From: Polyangiaceae bacterium
GTDB taxonomy: Bacteria; Myxococcota_A; Polyangia; Polyangiales; Polyangiaceae
DNA length: 64,000 bases
Assembly (NCBI GenBank): GCA_050287085.1
Contig: JBNKBE010000015.1
Coordinates: 1-64,000 of the forward strand
Direction of reading: 5' to 3'
The translations under genes and the position numbers were made by a program. The first letter of the stretch is position 1; every line of letters begins with the position of its first letter. Shown piece by piece: positions 9,243-19,514 of this stretch. The notes below the pieces were generated by a model. The model was not told where the DNA came from. It was given only the letters and a program-made list of their open reading frames with translations, and made no database searches.

Positions 9243-10778
9243 CTAACCTCGTTTGATGGGGAAACTCTGGATGTAGGCGTCGGGTGTGCTCGGGTCGAAC
9301 TCCTTGCCCATGATGGTGTACTTCTCGTAGGTCGAGCTGGGAGCTTCGTAGCCCAGATCCTTCATCACCTTGCCGCAGTCCGTGGCGATGTAGACCTGTT
9401 CCGCAATCTTCTTGTAGTCGATGTCTCCCTCGACATAGCCCCAGCGCTTCATTTGGGTTAAGATCCACACCGCCATGGAGTGCCAAGGAAACGGGTTGAA
9501 ATCGATGCGGCCCGGTACCTCCTTGACGCCGCCCAACCCGTCGGCAAACTTCCCCGTCAATACCTGCTCCACCACGGTAACCGGCTGATTCAGGTAGTTC
9601 TTGGGGGCAATCGCAGCGGCGATCTCCTTGCGATTCTCCGCCTTCGAAGAGTAGTGCGTCGCATCCACGATAGCCTTGAACAGCGCTCCGAACGTATTCG
9701 GCATGCTCGTCGCAAACTCCTTGCTCGCCGCGAACGCGCAACACGGATGCCCGTCCCAAATCTCCTTGGTCAACAGGTGAAGATAGCCAACCTTCTCGTA
9801 TACGGCGCGCTGATTGAAGGGGTCGGGGGCCAGGTAGCCATCCACGTTGCCAGCCTTTAGGTTGGCGACCATCTCCGGTGGCGGCAAGACGCGGATTTGG
9901 ATGTCCTTGTCCGGGTCCAAGCCATGCTCGGCAACGTAGTAGCGCAACAAGAAGTTGTGCATCGAGTAGTCGAATGGCACCGCGAACTTGAACCCCTTCC
10001 ATTGCTTGGGATCCCTCTTGTCCACATGCTTCATGTGCAACGTGATAGCCTGACCATTGATGTTCTCCACTGCCGGCATGATGTACGGCGTCGCCGTAGA
10101 ACCCGCGCCCATGGTGATGGCCAGCGGCATGGGCGTGAGCATGTGGGATGCGTCATACTCCTTGCTGAGGGACTTATCGCGAGCCACTGCCCAACCAGCT
10201 GTCTTGATGACGTCCACGTCCAGGCCGTACTTTTTGTAGAAGCCAAGCGGGTGCGCCATGATGATGGGCGTCGCGCACGTGATCGGCACGAAGCCCACCG
10301 CCAGCTTCGATTTCTCGAGCGGGTTCTTGGAGCTGGGGGCGGTCGCGCCCTTGGCCGTTGCTTCGACTTCTTCCTTGGCGGCATCTTTGCAGGCGGCTAG
10401 CGGTAGCACGCTCGACAGGGCGGCGTAGAAGGTGCTCTTGCCAACGGTGCGAATGAACGCACGACGTGCCAGCTCATTGCCGCCGAATAGGGCTCGCACC
10501 ACCGCGCCTTCCACCGCGCGGTCCATGAGCGACTCCTCGGAAGCGTAGGGGTCGTCCTCGGATTCGCTTGCGGCCGCATCCTGGCGGTGAGAGGGGGCAC
10601 TCGAATGACTGAACCGACCCTGCCCATCGCGTGCCGCGATGCACGCCGCGTGGTCGTGCTCGTGGTCGTGGCATGTAGAGCCGTGCGAATCCCCAGAGGG
10701 CTCGAAATGGGCGTGTAAGCCGTGACGGAGATCCGTATCGGGGGAGAATGGGTCACATAGGGGTCCGCGCTTGGTCAT
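9243..10778 (-). CDS. cynA: CmpA/NrtA-family substrate-binding protein (cyanate)
   Basis: GFVPITCATP, AVPFDYSMHNFLLRY, PPPEMVANL, WDGHPCC. Internal ARRAFI (Tat-like) and LAAC motifs follow a His-rich extension. Confidence 0.9.
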   Translation of the reverse strand: MTKRGPLCDPFSPDTDLRHGLHAHFEPSGDSHGSTCHDHEHDHAACIAARDGQGRFSHSSAPSHRQDAAASESEDDPYASEESLMDRAVEGAVVRALFGGNELARRAFIRTVGKSTFYAALSSVLPLAACKDAAKEEVEATAKGATAPSSKNPLEKSKLAVGFVPITCATPIIMAHPLGFYKKYGLDVDVIKTAGWAVARDKSLSKEYDASHMLTPMPLAITMGAGSTATPYIMPAVENINGQAITLHMKHVDKRDPKQWKGFKFAVPFDYSMHNFLLRYYVAEHGLDPDKDIQIRVLPPPEMVANLKAGNVDGYLAPDPFNQRAVYEKVGYLHLLTKEIWDGHPCCAFAASKEFATSMPNTFGALFKAIVDATHYSSKAENRKEIAAAIAPKNYLNQPVTVVEQVLTGKFADGLGGVKEVPGRIDFNPFPWHSMAVWILTQMKRWGYVEGDIDYKKIAEQVYIATDCGKVMKDLGYEAPSSTYEKYTIMGKEFDPSTPDAYIQSFPIKRG

Positions 10779-10850
10779 GCATCACTTCCTTCGATGTTTC
10801 GCTCCGCGAGGTTTCGGGAGCGGTTTGTAAGAGCGATGCTCAATAGATAA

Positions 10851-10866
10851 AGCAACGCGCGTGCCA
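10851..10866 (-). promoter_or_regulatory. sigma54 (-24/-12) promoter of the cyn operon
   Basis: Minus strand reads TGGCAC-GCGCG-TTGCT, a perfect consensus, about 75 bp upstream of the cynA ATG and next to an enhancer-binding protein gene. Confidence 0.9.
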
Positions 10867-11226
10867 CGCGTTTATCTCCGGCAAAGCAGGCGGCTCCCCA
10901 CGGGTGGCAGGGAACACCGTCGTGGCTTGCACGATATTTGGTGAATCGACTCAACGCGACGCCGATGAACTTGGACCACGTTTGGAAACATCTTGGACGC
11001 TCACGACAAGAGGAACACTTGGCGACTCTCGAAGAACGTGCGTCACCTCATTCCCGGCGTGTTGGCAGCGCAACACGTGCGCCGCCCCTTTTGATATCAG
11101 CGGGCGGGCGCGTGGCGGCCCTCGCGCGACAATCCAAGCGCTGTGCTGCTCGCACAAGATTCACGAGCGCCGCTCGTACGGCGAGCACGTTAGCCCGTGG
11201 CCGCACTGGTGCATCACGCACCTTCG

Positions 11227-12891
11227 TTAGCGTTCTATGCCCAGCTTTTTCATGCGATGGCGAAGCGTGTTTGGGTGAAGCCCGAGCACCGCACCGGCAC
11301 CGGCAGGCCCGGAGAGTCGCCAGTGGGTCTTCGCAAGCACGGACAGGATGTGTTGCCGCTCCACCTGCTCCATGGTTTGTGGAGGTGCCTCCACAGCTTC
11401 CGCCTCGATTGGGACAACGGAGGCCGACGGTGGCAACAGCTGAGTGGCGGGAAGCTGTCCGGATGGCCATGCGGCACTCAATGGTTCCGGCGAGCTCATG
11501 CTCACCAGTCCCTGATCTTCAGCGAACGCAAAACAGGTATCTGGGATGTCGAAGGTAGCGTCGTCCGACAGAATGGCAGCTCGCTCGATGACGTTCTGCA
11601 GCTCACGTACGTTGCCGGGCCAGTGGTACTCGCGCAGCCGTGCAAGCCCCCTATCGCTAACGCGGCCAACGCCGCGCCCGAGCCGCACCTCGAGCAGGCT
11701 GAGGAAGTGATCGACCAGCCGAGGAATGTCAGAGATCCGCTCACGCAAAGGCGCGACGAAGATGGGCACGACGTTCAACCGGAAGTATAGGTCAGCGCGA
11801 AACCGTCCTTGCTTGACGAGGCTACGCAAGTCCCGGTTCGTCGCCGCGATAACGCGGACGTTCGCTGTCAACGTGTCATTGCCGCCAACGCGCTCGAACT
11901 CCCGCTCTTGCAAGACGCGCAGCAGCTTGCTCTGCGTTTCCGGTGTAAGCTCACCCACTTCGTCCAGAAAGAGCGTACCGCCCTCCGCCTGTTCGAAACG
12001 TCCCGCGCGTCGTGAAACGGCGCCAGTGAACGCGCCCTTTTCGTGACCGAAGAGCTCACTGTCAGCTAGGTGAGTTGAAATGGCAGCGCAGTTCACCCTC
12101 ACCAGGGGCCCTTCGCGACGTTGGCTCAAGCGATGAATGTAGCGCGCCACAAGCTCCTTGCCGGAGCCGGTTTCGCCAGCGATGAGCACGCTGGAGTCGG
12201 TAGCAGCAAAGCGGGTGACCAGGTGCATCATCTCGCGCAGCACCGCACTGTTGCCGACAATTTGCTGAAATCCCCGAGCGCTCTCGATCTCCTGACGCAA
12301 GCTGGTATTTTCGCGTTGCAACTGCTCCTTGAGACGTTCCACCTCGGACAGGGCGCGACGTAAGCGTTCTTCGGTTTGATGACGAATGGAGATGTCGCGG
12401 AACACTACGACGGCACCGATGAGCTTGCCGTCGTCGAAGATGGGCGTGCTGGTATAGTCCACAGGAAAGCAGCTACCGTCCTTGCGCCAGAACACCTCGT
12501 CACAGACGTTTCGAATCATTCCGTCGGCGAACGCTGCGTAGATGGGGCACTCTTCACGCGGGTAGTGTTCCCGGTCTCCATGGGAGTGGTGCACAACGTC
12601 ATGCATGGACTGCCCCAGGAGCTCCTCAATGGAGTGTCCAGTCATGCGCGCAGCGGCTGGGTTCACGAAGGTACAGCAACCATGGAGGTCCAGCCCATAG
12701 ATGCCCTCGCCAGCGGCATTGAGAATAAGCTCGGCCTGAGCACGCCAGCGCTTAGCGTCGGGCGACGCGCTGGAATCCGCCCCAGCGATGAGCCGGGGAA
12801 ACGAGCGGGCGAAATCAAGACGCTGAGGCTGACGCACGGCGACCATGGACACCGTGGTGACATAGTCCACCTCCTGTATTCGACAGGACAC
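11227..12891 (-). CDS. PAS-domain sigma54-dependent transcriptional activator (Fis-type HTH)
   Basis: PAS region (GEGIYGLD...FWRKDGS), [39 protein letters not shown] and a C-terminal HTH. Start uncertain. Confidence 0.95.
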   Translation of the reverse strand: MSCRIQEVDYVTTVSMVAVRQPQRLDFARSFPRLIAGADSSASPDAKRWRAQAELILNAAGEGIYGLDLHGCCTFVNPAAARMTGHSIEELLGQSMHDVVHHSHGDREHYPREECPIYAAFADGMIRNVCDEVFWRKDGSCFPVDYTSTPIFDDGKLIGAVVVFRDISIRHQTEERLRRALSEVERLKEQLQRENTSLRQEIESARGFQQIVGNSAVLREMMHLVTRFAATDSSVLIAGETGSGKELVARYIHRLSQRREGPLVRVNCAAISTHLADSELFGHEKGAFTGAVSRRAGRFEQAEGGTLFLDEVGELTPETQSKLLRVLQEREFERVGGNDTLTANVRVIAATNRDLRSLVKQGRFRADLYFRLNVVPIFVAPLRERISDIPRLVDHFLSLLEVRLGRGVGRVSDRGLARLREYHWPGNVRELQNVIERAAILSDDATFDIPDTCFAFAEDQGLVSMSSPEPLSAAWPSGQLPATQLLPPSASVVPIEAEAVEAPPQTMEQVERQHILSVLAKTHWRLSGPAGAGAVLGLHPNTLRHRMKKLGIER

Positions 12892-13295
12892 ATCGGAGTT
12901 CCTGGCCTGTTTCGTTCCAGCATCGAGACGGTAGCAACGCTCGGCCTCGGGACCCCGGGAGTCCTACGAGAAGCCCGTAATGACCGCGAAAATTCCTTGG
13001 TTCCGGCGGCCGGCACCGAAACCACGGGAGGCAACGCTACCGCCAAGTAAGCGCGGAATCCATCCGGTGGGCGCATCGACGTTCAAAGCCGCGGCCGGCA
13101 CGGAGCTAGGGCGTTTTGGACTCCGCAGGCCAAAGGCATACTACGCTGACCGCTCCTCTTGCCGGGGCGGGCTGGTCGCTAGCTTCTCCAGCTACCCGAG
13201 TAGCTCAGCAGTGCTCCTCACGCGCCCACCTTGGGGCGGTCTCGACTGGCTCGCTACTGACTTTCCCATCCGCGGGGCCTAAGCTCTGCCAAGTC

Positions 13296-13853
13296 ATGCG
13301 CCCCAACTGGTTCATCGCGTTCCCCATCGACGGGCACTTCGTTCACGAGCTGGGCGAAGCGCCCCCTGCCCATCGCCGCTTTCACCCGAGCGACGTTCAC
13401 ATGACGCTCGCCTTTCTTGGCGCCGTCTCCGAGGCGGCCGCGAACAGCGCGTGGGATGTGCTCGGCGAGCAACTCGTGCAAGCGCCGCTACCCCCCTTCG
13501 AAATTTCGCTTGGTCCGCTGGTGCCCATGGGCGGCGCCAAAGCCTACAGCGCCCTGTCAGCACTCCTCGAGCGTGGCAACCCCGCGGCCGTCGAAGCCAT
13601 TGCCCGGCTGCGGGACACTCTCGCCGACGCTGCCGGTGCGCGCCGAGATACTCGCCCGCCAAAACCCCACGTAACGGTCCTGCGTCCAGCACGCCGCGCC
13701 AGCGACGCCGAGCGCCATGCCGCTCTCGACTGGTGCGCGACTCGAGACCTGCACCACGTCACGGCCGTCATCGATCAGATCGCGCTGTACACTTGGAACA
13801 CACCGCGCATCGATGGCTACTTCCGGATCGTCAAGCAACGCTCGCTCAGTTGA
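13296..13853 (+). CDS. thpR: RNA 2',3'-cyclic phosphodiesterase (2H family)
   Basis: Two HxT motifs (HMTLAFLG, PHVTVLR) and an N-terminal FIAF motif. Confidence 0.85.
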   Translation: MRPNWFIAFPIDGHFVHELGEAPPAHRRFHPSDVHMTLAFLGAVSEAAANSAWDVLGEQLVQAPLPPFEISLGPLVPMGGAKAYSALSALLERGNPAAVEAIARLRDTLADAAGARRDTRPPKPHVTVLRPARRASDAERHAALDWCATRDLHHVTAVIDQIALYTWNTPRIDGYFRIVKQRSLS

Positions 13854-14093
13854 CAGAGCTTGGGCCACGCTGGGGGTTCGGGAGGACTTTTCAGAGGGCT
13901 TGGCTTGGGGGTCGATTCCCTGCGCGGCGCGCAGCGTCGCATCCCGCACGGCACGTCTCTCCAGCGCCCCTGCCGACAAGAGGCGTCGCGGCGTTTGCCC
14001 GGAACCCGCTGGACCGATCTTCACGGCCAAGGCGACCAATACGTCCCTGCGCGCGAGGGTGACACACGCCACCTAGCGTTGTAGCGTCCGGCC

Positions 14094-14921
14094 ATGGCGG
14101 ACTTGCCTCAGGGCTCGCTCAAACGATACACCCAACACGCATGGACGTGTTTGCTCGGCACAGCGCTCGTCACGGGAGGCGTGGTCCTAGCGGCTTGCGC
14201 CAGCACACCCGCCGCGTCTGCTCGAGCCACGAACTGCTGCCCGCAACCGAATGAGCCCGTCGGCAAACCGACCACACGGGCTCCGGCGATCAGTGAAACG
14301 CCCGCCGGTGCAACGGCGGGCGCAGCGCCGCCAGCCCCCGTCACGCCCGCGGCGGCGCAGCCACCGAAAGAAGCGCTGAGGCTGCGGCCGCTCGTTCCCA
14401 CAGCGTTTGCGAGCCAGCTTGCCGAGCTCGGGTTTGACGCAGGACGGCTCCCACCTTTGAGCGAGGTTTCATTGGGCGTCAAGAGCGACCTCATGGCGCT
14501 GATGAGCCGCTCGCTGGGTGTTGAGTGCACAGTGTGCCACGCCAGTGAAACAGACTTTCGCGCAGAAACGCGCAACAAGGCCATCACACGGAAGATGTGG
14601 AGCGAGTTCGTGGTAGGACGCGCCTTGAAAGAGGGTCCCGTGTTTTGTGACAGCTGCCATCAGGGGCAGGCCCAGGTGCTACAACGCGAGCGGCGAGCCG
14701 ACGTCAAGGCCTACATGAAGACAGAATACGCGCGATTGATCGACTCCGCTGGGCACGCAGCGGGCTGTGAAGACTGTCATGGCCGCCCCCTTCAGCCCCA
14801 GATCTTCGCTCAGCTTTGGGCCGTCCCACCGCTGAGCCAAGATGCCGCAAGCGCCGGCGTCAGCGAAACGCCGAACTCGGCGAACTCCGGTGGTCCCGGT
14901 GCGACGGCTGGCACACCATGA
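14094..14921 (+). CDS. triheme cytochrome c lipoprotein
   Basis: Lipobox LAAC and CxxCH motifs CTVCH, CDSCH, CEDCH. MSRSLGVECTVCH resembles reaction-centre cytochrome c-like domains. Confidence 0.85.
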   Translation: MADLPQGSLKRYTQHAWTCLLGTALVTGGVVLAACASTPAASARATNCCPQPNEPVGKPTTRAPAISETPAGATAGAAPPAPVTPAAAQPPKEALRLRPLVPTAFASQLAELGFDAGRLPPLSEVSLGVKSDLMALMSRSLGVECTVCHASETDFRAETRNKAITRKMWSEFVVGRALKEGPVFCDSCHQGQAQVLQRERRADVKAYMKTEYARLIDSAGHAAGCEDCHGRPLQPQIFAQLWAVPPLSQDAASAGVSETPNSANSGGPGATAGTP

Positions 14922-17131
14922 GGCGTCGCATCGGCTCGGCTGCCCTTCGCGGCGTCGTCTGCCTGGCCTTGGCGCTGCTACCGGGGTGCAAGTGCAATAG
15001 CGAGCAGGCGCCTGCCCCTCAGACTACGCCCGTTACGCCACCGGAGCCCGCTCGGCCCGCACCCTCGGCGTCTGGAGCTCCGTCGCCGAGCGACGCGCCC
15101 CAGGTGCACGCGCTGGTTGGCGCGTCCATCGCCGTCACCAGCGCCTCTGATGGTCTGCTCGTCGCGGATGAAGACCGCTCGCAGCTGCACGCCCTGCCCC
15201 TACCCCTCTCTGCCGACGCCCCCAAGCCGGTGACTTTGCCGGGCCCTCCAGCTCAGCTCGCTACGGACGGAGATCAGGTTTGGGTAACCGTGCGCAAGCC
15301 TTCAATGCTTTGGGTGGGCAAGCGGGTCGCTCAAGCCGCGGGTGCAGTCGACGTGCAAGAGCTGGCCCGCATCCCGCTGCCAGGCGATGCGTGGGGACTG
15401 GCCGTATCCACGGACCGAAAGCGGGCACTCATCACCAGCGCCTGGACAGCACACGTCTCGCTCGTCGACCTCGACAGGAGGAATGTGCTCTGGACCAAAG
15501 AAGTCGCGCGCGAACCGCGCGGCGTAGCCTTCAGTGACGACGGTCAGTCAGCCTTCGTCACCCACCTCGTGGGAGCTGAACTGACGCGCATTGTACTCAC
15601 TGAGCCGCCGCAACTCGAACCCATAGCCCTTCCGGCAGCCCCGCTGCGCTCCCCCGGACGAGCCCTCACGGCATCGCTCGGATACGCCGGCGTGTTTGCC
15701 CCAGACCAGCGGCGATTCTTTGCGGCGCGCCACGCCCTGGGCGCGCTCGGCAAGAACTCGTGGTTCGGCGCGATGACCATCGATGTCCTCGACGTCGCCC
15801 GGCTCGAGTCTCTGGCACCAGGCCGCCCTCGCGTCCGGCTCGAAGTTCGCTCGGAGCTCGCCAATCAACTGCTCTCGGGGCAAGACATCATCACGGCAGG
15901 CAATGCCCTCACCCCTGTGGTCCAGCCCCGGGCGATGGTCTTTCGCCGCACCACCCGGTCGCTGCTGGTCGCCGGTGAGGGCGACGACCGCATCGGGGAA
16001 TTCGACGCTCTGGCCCTAGACCCGACGCTCGCCGTCTTGGCGCAGTACCAAGTGGGGGCCGACTATCACCCGAACGTCCACGTCGCCAAACACTGCGCGG
16101 CACCCAGTGGTCTGGCGCTTAGCGCCGACGAGCAACAGCTCTGGGTTTACTGCCGCGCTACCAACGACGTCGCCTTGGTTGAGCTCAATAGCTACCAGGC
16201 TACCGTAGCCACGAACGCACGCCATGCCCCGGATGCCGGCGCGGCACCCAATCCGGCTCGGTCCAGCCCGAGCGCCCCGAAGGGCACCCCATTGCTCACC
16301 CGCTCTGACGAGTTCGAACGCGTTGCTGACCACGTCTTGGCGCGGCTCAGTCTCGACGAGGATCCGCTAGGACCGGGGGGCGCCACGGGGAGAAAGCTGT
16401 TCTACAACGCGACGGATCACGTCGTGAGCGGCGGGTTGGCCTGCGCGGGTTGTCATCCCGAGGGGCGCGACGATGGCCACACCTGGCACGAAGCCCAGTT
16501 CACCACCGAAGACGGCGACAGCACGAACTTCACGGGCGGCGCCGAAAATATCCCTCCAGAGGCGCACACGTCGGGGGTCGCGCGCCGTACGCCGATGCTT
16601 GCCGGCAGGGTGCACGCAGGCGGCCCCTACGGCTGGCACGCGGAGAGCCCCACCCTGATGAACCGGGAGCGCCTCGGCTTTGGGCTGCACCGGTGGGGCG
16701 CCCCCTCGGAAGCCTCTCCGGAGCAGGTAGAGATGCGGGCACGGGCCCTCTCTGACTTCTTGCGACGTGGCCTCGTGGCTCCCGCTCACCCCAGCGCGCC
16801 GCTCACCCCGCAGCAGCAGCGCGGGCGAGAACTGTTCTTGAGCCAGCCCCTGCGCTGCGTCGAGTGTCACGATCCGGCCAAGAGCTACACGACGCGGCGC
16901 GCCTTTCCTTTGCCGCCACTGCCGCCTCCAGAGGGTTTCGAAGCCGACCCCAACCCGGCGTTCAAGATCCCAACGCTGACCTACCTCAAGAACCGTGCGC
17001 CCTACTTTCACGACGGATCCGCGGCCAACCTGACGCAGCTGATCGAAGAAAACGGGGTACGTATGGGCGACACGTCGCACCTGAGCCAACCAGATCAAGC
17101 CGCCCTGGTGGCCTTCTTGGAGACGCTATGA
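14918..17131 (+). CDS. lipoprotein with YVTN-like beta-propeller and C-terminal diheme cytochrome c (peroxidase/MauG-like) domain
   Basis: LPGC lipobox, propeller blades (REPRGVAFSDDG, PSGLALSAD), GRKLFY...CAGCHPEG, GRELF...CVECH, FKIPTL...APYFHDGS. ATGA overlap with the previous gene. Confidence 0.88.
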   Translation: MRRRIGSAALRGVVCLALALLPGCKCNSEQAPAPQTTPVTPPEPARPAPSASGAPSPSDAPQVHALVGASIAVTSASDGLLVADEDRSQLHALPLPLSADAPKPVTLPGPPAQLATDGDQVWVTVRKPSMLWVGKRVAQAAGAVDVQELARIPLPGDAWGLAVSTDRKRALITSAWTAHVSLVDLDRRNVLWTKEVAREPRGVAFSDDGQSAFVTHLVGAELTRIVLTEPPQLEPIALPAAPLRSPGRALTASLGYAGVFAPDQRRFFAARHALGALGKNSWFGAMTIDVLDVARLESLAPGRPRVRLEVRSELANQLLSGQDIITAGNALTPVVQPRAMVFRRTTRSLLVAGEGDDRIGEFDALALDPTLAVLAQYQVGADYHPNVHVAKHCAAPSGLALSADEQQLWVYCRATNDVALVELNSYQATVATNARHAPDAGAAPNPARSSPSAPKGTPLLTRSDEFERVADHVLARLSLDEDPLGPGGATGRKLFYNATDHVVSGGLACAGCHPEGRDDGHTWHEAQFTTEDGDSTNFTGGAENIPPEAHTSGVARRTPMLAGRVHAGGPYGWHAESPTLMNRERLGFGLHRWGAPSEASPEQVEMRARALSDFLRRGLVAPAHPSAPLTPQQQRGRELFLSQPLRCVECHDPAKSYTTRRAFPLPPLPPPEGFEADPNPAFKIPTLTYLKNRAPYFHDGSAANLTQLIEENGVRMGDTSHLSQPDQAALVAFLETL

Positions 17132-17727
17132 AACGCCCCACGACTTTGACGTATGCGCTGCTCCTGGCCCTCGTGCCGCTGTGCCTGGGTTTTGAGCAGT
17201 CCCAGAAAGCCGCCACAAGCGCGTCCATCCCGGACGCCGGCGCTGGCGGCGGCCCGGTATGGCCTGACCAAAAAAGCGCGGCCCCGAGCAGCGCCGAGTG
17301 GCGCACCGCGCCTTCCGTGGCACCTACGCGCCAGTGGGGGCGCCTGGCCCAATCGTGCACCGTCAAGCGGGTCCGAGAATGGGCCCACGTGCGCTGCGCG
17401 GATCTCGTCGTCTCGGCGATGACGCAGGTGGGCGGCAGCAACACGGGCCTCAGCTTCCACCTCGACAGCGCCCTTGATAACGGTGTGCCCAAGTCCGGAG
17501 TCGCGCTGTTTCCCCTTCGCAAAGGCGATCGACGCGCTCTCTTGTTCTGGACCCTGGGGCCCGGCTACGACGGGCCGCTCACGGTCGTGCCCGGCGTCAT
17601 GGTCCAAGCCGAGTGGACCGGTGACGAAGCCGTGCTGGTCTTGCACGACGCCCTCCACGAGCCAGTGCCGACAGCCTCTAGCCTGCGCCGACGCGAGTCC
17701 GCGCGTTTGAAGGAGTCCACGCCATGA
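17128..17727 (+). CDS. secreted hypothetical protein
   Basis: Signal peptide MKRPTTLTYALLLALVPLCLG, with ATGA overlaps at both ends. Confidence 0.75.
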   Translation: MKRPTTLTYALLLALVPLCLGFEQSQKAATSASIPDAGAGGGPVWPDQKSAAPSSAEWRTAPSVAPTRQWGRLAQSCTVKRVREWAHVRCADLVVSAMTQVGGSNTGLSFHLDSALDNGVPKSGVALFPLRKGDRRALLFWTLGPGYDGPLTVVPGVMVQAEWTGDEAVLVLHDALHEPVPTASSLRRRESARLKESTP

Positions 17728-18773
17728 AGTCTTTCTGTTTCTCATCACTCTTCAGCTCGTCCTGGAACTCCGCCCTACTTCTCACACTCGGCAGCGTCGC
17801 CTGCTCGCCCTCGGCCGGAACGGGGCAGCCCGCCTCGCCGCGCGCCGATACGGCCCCCACCGCGACGGCGGCGGCAACGAGCGCGACCCCTGCCCTTGGC
17901 TCAGCACTCGTTACCCCAAATCCGGCTATCCCGGCGCAGCCCGGAGCCGCTGCGCCGCCTCCGGCAGCCACCGCACCGCCCGCGCCAACGCCGGCCAGTG
18001 GCGCTCAGAGCACTGCGGCTCAGGGCACTGCGGCTCAGGACACTGCGGCTCAGGGCACTGCGGCTCAGGCCGAAGCCGCGCCGTCAACGGGCCCCTGTCC
18101 CCCCCACATGGCACACGTCCCCGGCGGTGCATTTCAGCGCGCCGGGACCCGAGGTCCCCAGCCGGTTCCAGACTTGTGTGTCGACGAGCTGGAGACCACA
18201 GCCGCGGAGTACGCCCAATGTGTCGAGGTCGGAGCTTGCAGCAGCGATGGCCTGTCGTGCTCGGCGCAGTCCACGTTCGACAAGCCGGACAAGGCCTCCC
18301 ACCCGATCACCTGCGTCACCTTTGAGCAGGCCAAGACCTATTGTGCTCACCATGGCAAGCGCTTACCCACGGTCGACGAGTGGGAATGGGTAGCGCGCGG
18401 CGGCGAGGCGGCGCGCCCCTACCCGTGGGGCGACGCCGCACCGGAGGCTCAGCTGTGTTGGACGGGCAAAGCCAAACAAATCGAAACCTGCCCCGTCGGG
18501 AGTTTTCCTGACGGCGCAAGCCTGCACGGCATCAAGGACCTGGCCGGCAACGTGCTCGAATTCACAACGACCGCGTGGGATGAATCGAGCCCAACGCGCA
18601 TGGTACGCGGCGGCGCCTGGCGAGAGGGGGTCCCCTATCTCTTCAAAACCTCGCGGCTCGGCGGAGTCGGCATTGACTACCGCTGTGGCTTTCTCGGCAT
18701 CCGCTGCGTGCAGCCCGCAAAGCCAGAGGGCACGCCCCCAGCAGACGCGACGCCACGAGCTGCCACCCCCTAA
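17724..18773 (+). CDS. SUMF1/FGE-sulfatase family lipoprotein
   Basis: CPPHMAHVPGG, HPITCV, KRLPTVDEWEWVARG, YPWG, DLAGNVLE, RGGAW, GIRC, plus an SVAC lipobox. Confidence 0.9.
   Translation: MKSFCFSSLFSSSWNSALLLTLGSVACSPSAGTGQPASPRADTAPTATAAATSATPALGSALVTPNPAIPAQPGAAAPPPAATAPPAPTPASGAQSTAAQGTAAQDTAAQGTAAQAEAAPSTGPCPPHMAHVPGGAFQRAGTRGPQPVPDLCVDELETTAAEYAQCVEVGACSSDGLSCSAQSTFDKPDKASHPITCVTFEQAKTYCAHHGKRLPTVDEWEWVARGGEAARPYPWGDAAPEAQLCWTGKAKQIETCPVGSFPDGASLHGIKDLAGNVLEFTTTAWDESSPTRMVRGGAWREGVPYLFKTSRLGGVGIDYRCGFLGIRCVQPAKPEGTPPADATPRAATP
18003..18069 (+). repeat. 15-bp in-frame tandem repeat (about 4.5 copies, AQ[S/G/D]TA)
   Basis: gctcag(a/g)(g/a)cactgcg x4 plus a partial copy. Confidence 0.9.
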
Positions 18774-18952
18774 GAAGCAGCCCCAACTCAACCCCCGCCG
18801 TCGCGCTCACCGACGCCGGCGGAAACGACGTGCCCGCGACGCGAAGCGTTCTGGCGCTCAAGTCCTTTCCGGCCACCGTACTCACGCCGGATGCCCTGCT
18901 GAGCGCCGCGGGCTGGTCGGGCCCGAACTCCGCCGCCGGAAGAACGCGCTTG

Positions 18953-19453
18953 CTAGTCGAAGGACAAGCGCTGCTTGGGACGCTTGGCGTCGAAGGCGAA
19001 CTTGAGATCCTCGAAGTCGGGAATGCCGGACGCGATGGACACCCGAAAGCCCGCGGAGAAGGCGAGCGGTTCGATGGGGAAGCCCAAGAAGTTGTGGTCG
19101 ACGGTGCCGTTGCCGTTCTCGTCGTGAAATGCGAACAACGCATAGTCGCCGTAGGGTAGTGATTCGAGCATCGCCACCGCGGCTCCGCCGCGCAGGTGCA
19201 ACCTTGCTTCGCGAAACCCCTTGCCCTGCGGCACTGCATCGCCCTTGCGGAAGAGTTTGACGATGACCTGACCGCGGTCGTGTTCGGCTCCGTCGACATC
19301 GACTCGCAGACTACCCCGCGCCGGAGCGGAAGCCGCGTTAGCGGCGCCCAGGACGCAAGTGACGCAAACAGCACGGGTCAAGACCGCGACAGGAAGGCCC
19401 AATGAAACGAAACGAGGCAAGGATGGGACGCGGGGTGATGTGATGTGGGACAT
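18953..19453 (-). CDS. DUF2141 family secreted protein
   Basis: LPYGDYALFAFHDENGNGTVDHNFLGFPIEPLAFS...PDFED. Confidence 0.9.
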   Translation of the reverse strand: MSHITSPRVPSLPRFVSLGLPVAVLTRAVCVTCVLGAANAASAPARGSLRVDVDGAEHDRGQVIVKLFRKGDAVPQGKGFREARLHLRGGAAVAMLESLPYGDYALFAFHDENGNGTVDHNFLGFPIEPLAFSAGFRVSIASGIPDFEDLKFAFDAKRPKQRLSFD

Positions 19454-19514
19454 GGAACGTCCTTCTTCTGTTGCGTGAAAGGGTGTGTTGGGCGGGTTCC
19501 GGGAACGCAGCGGG

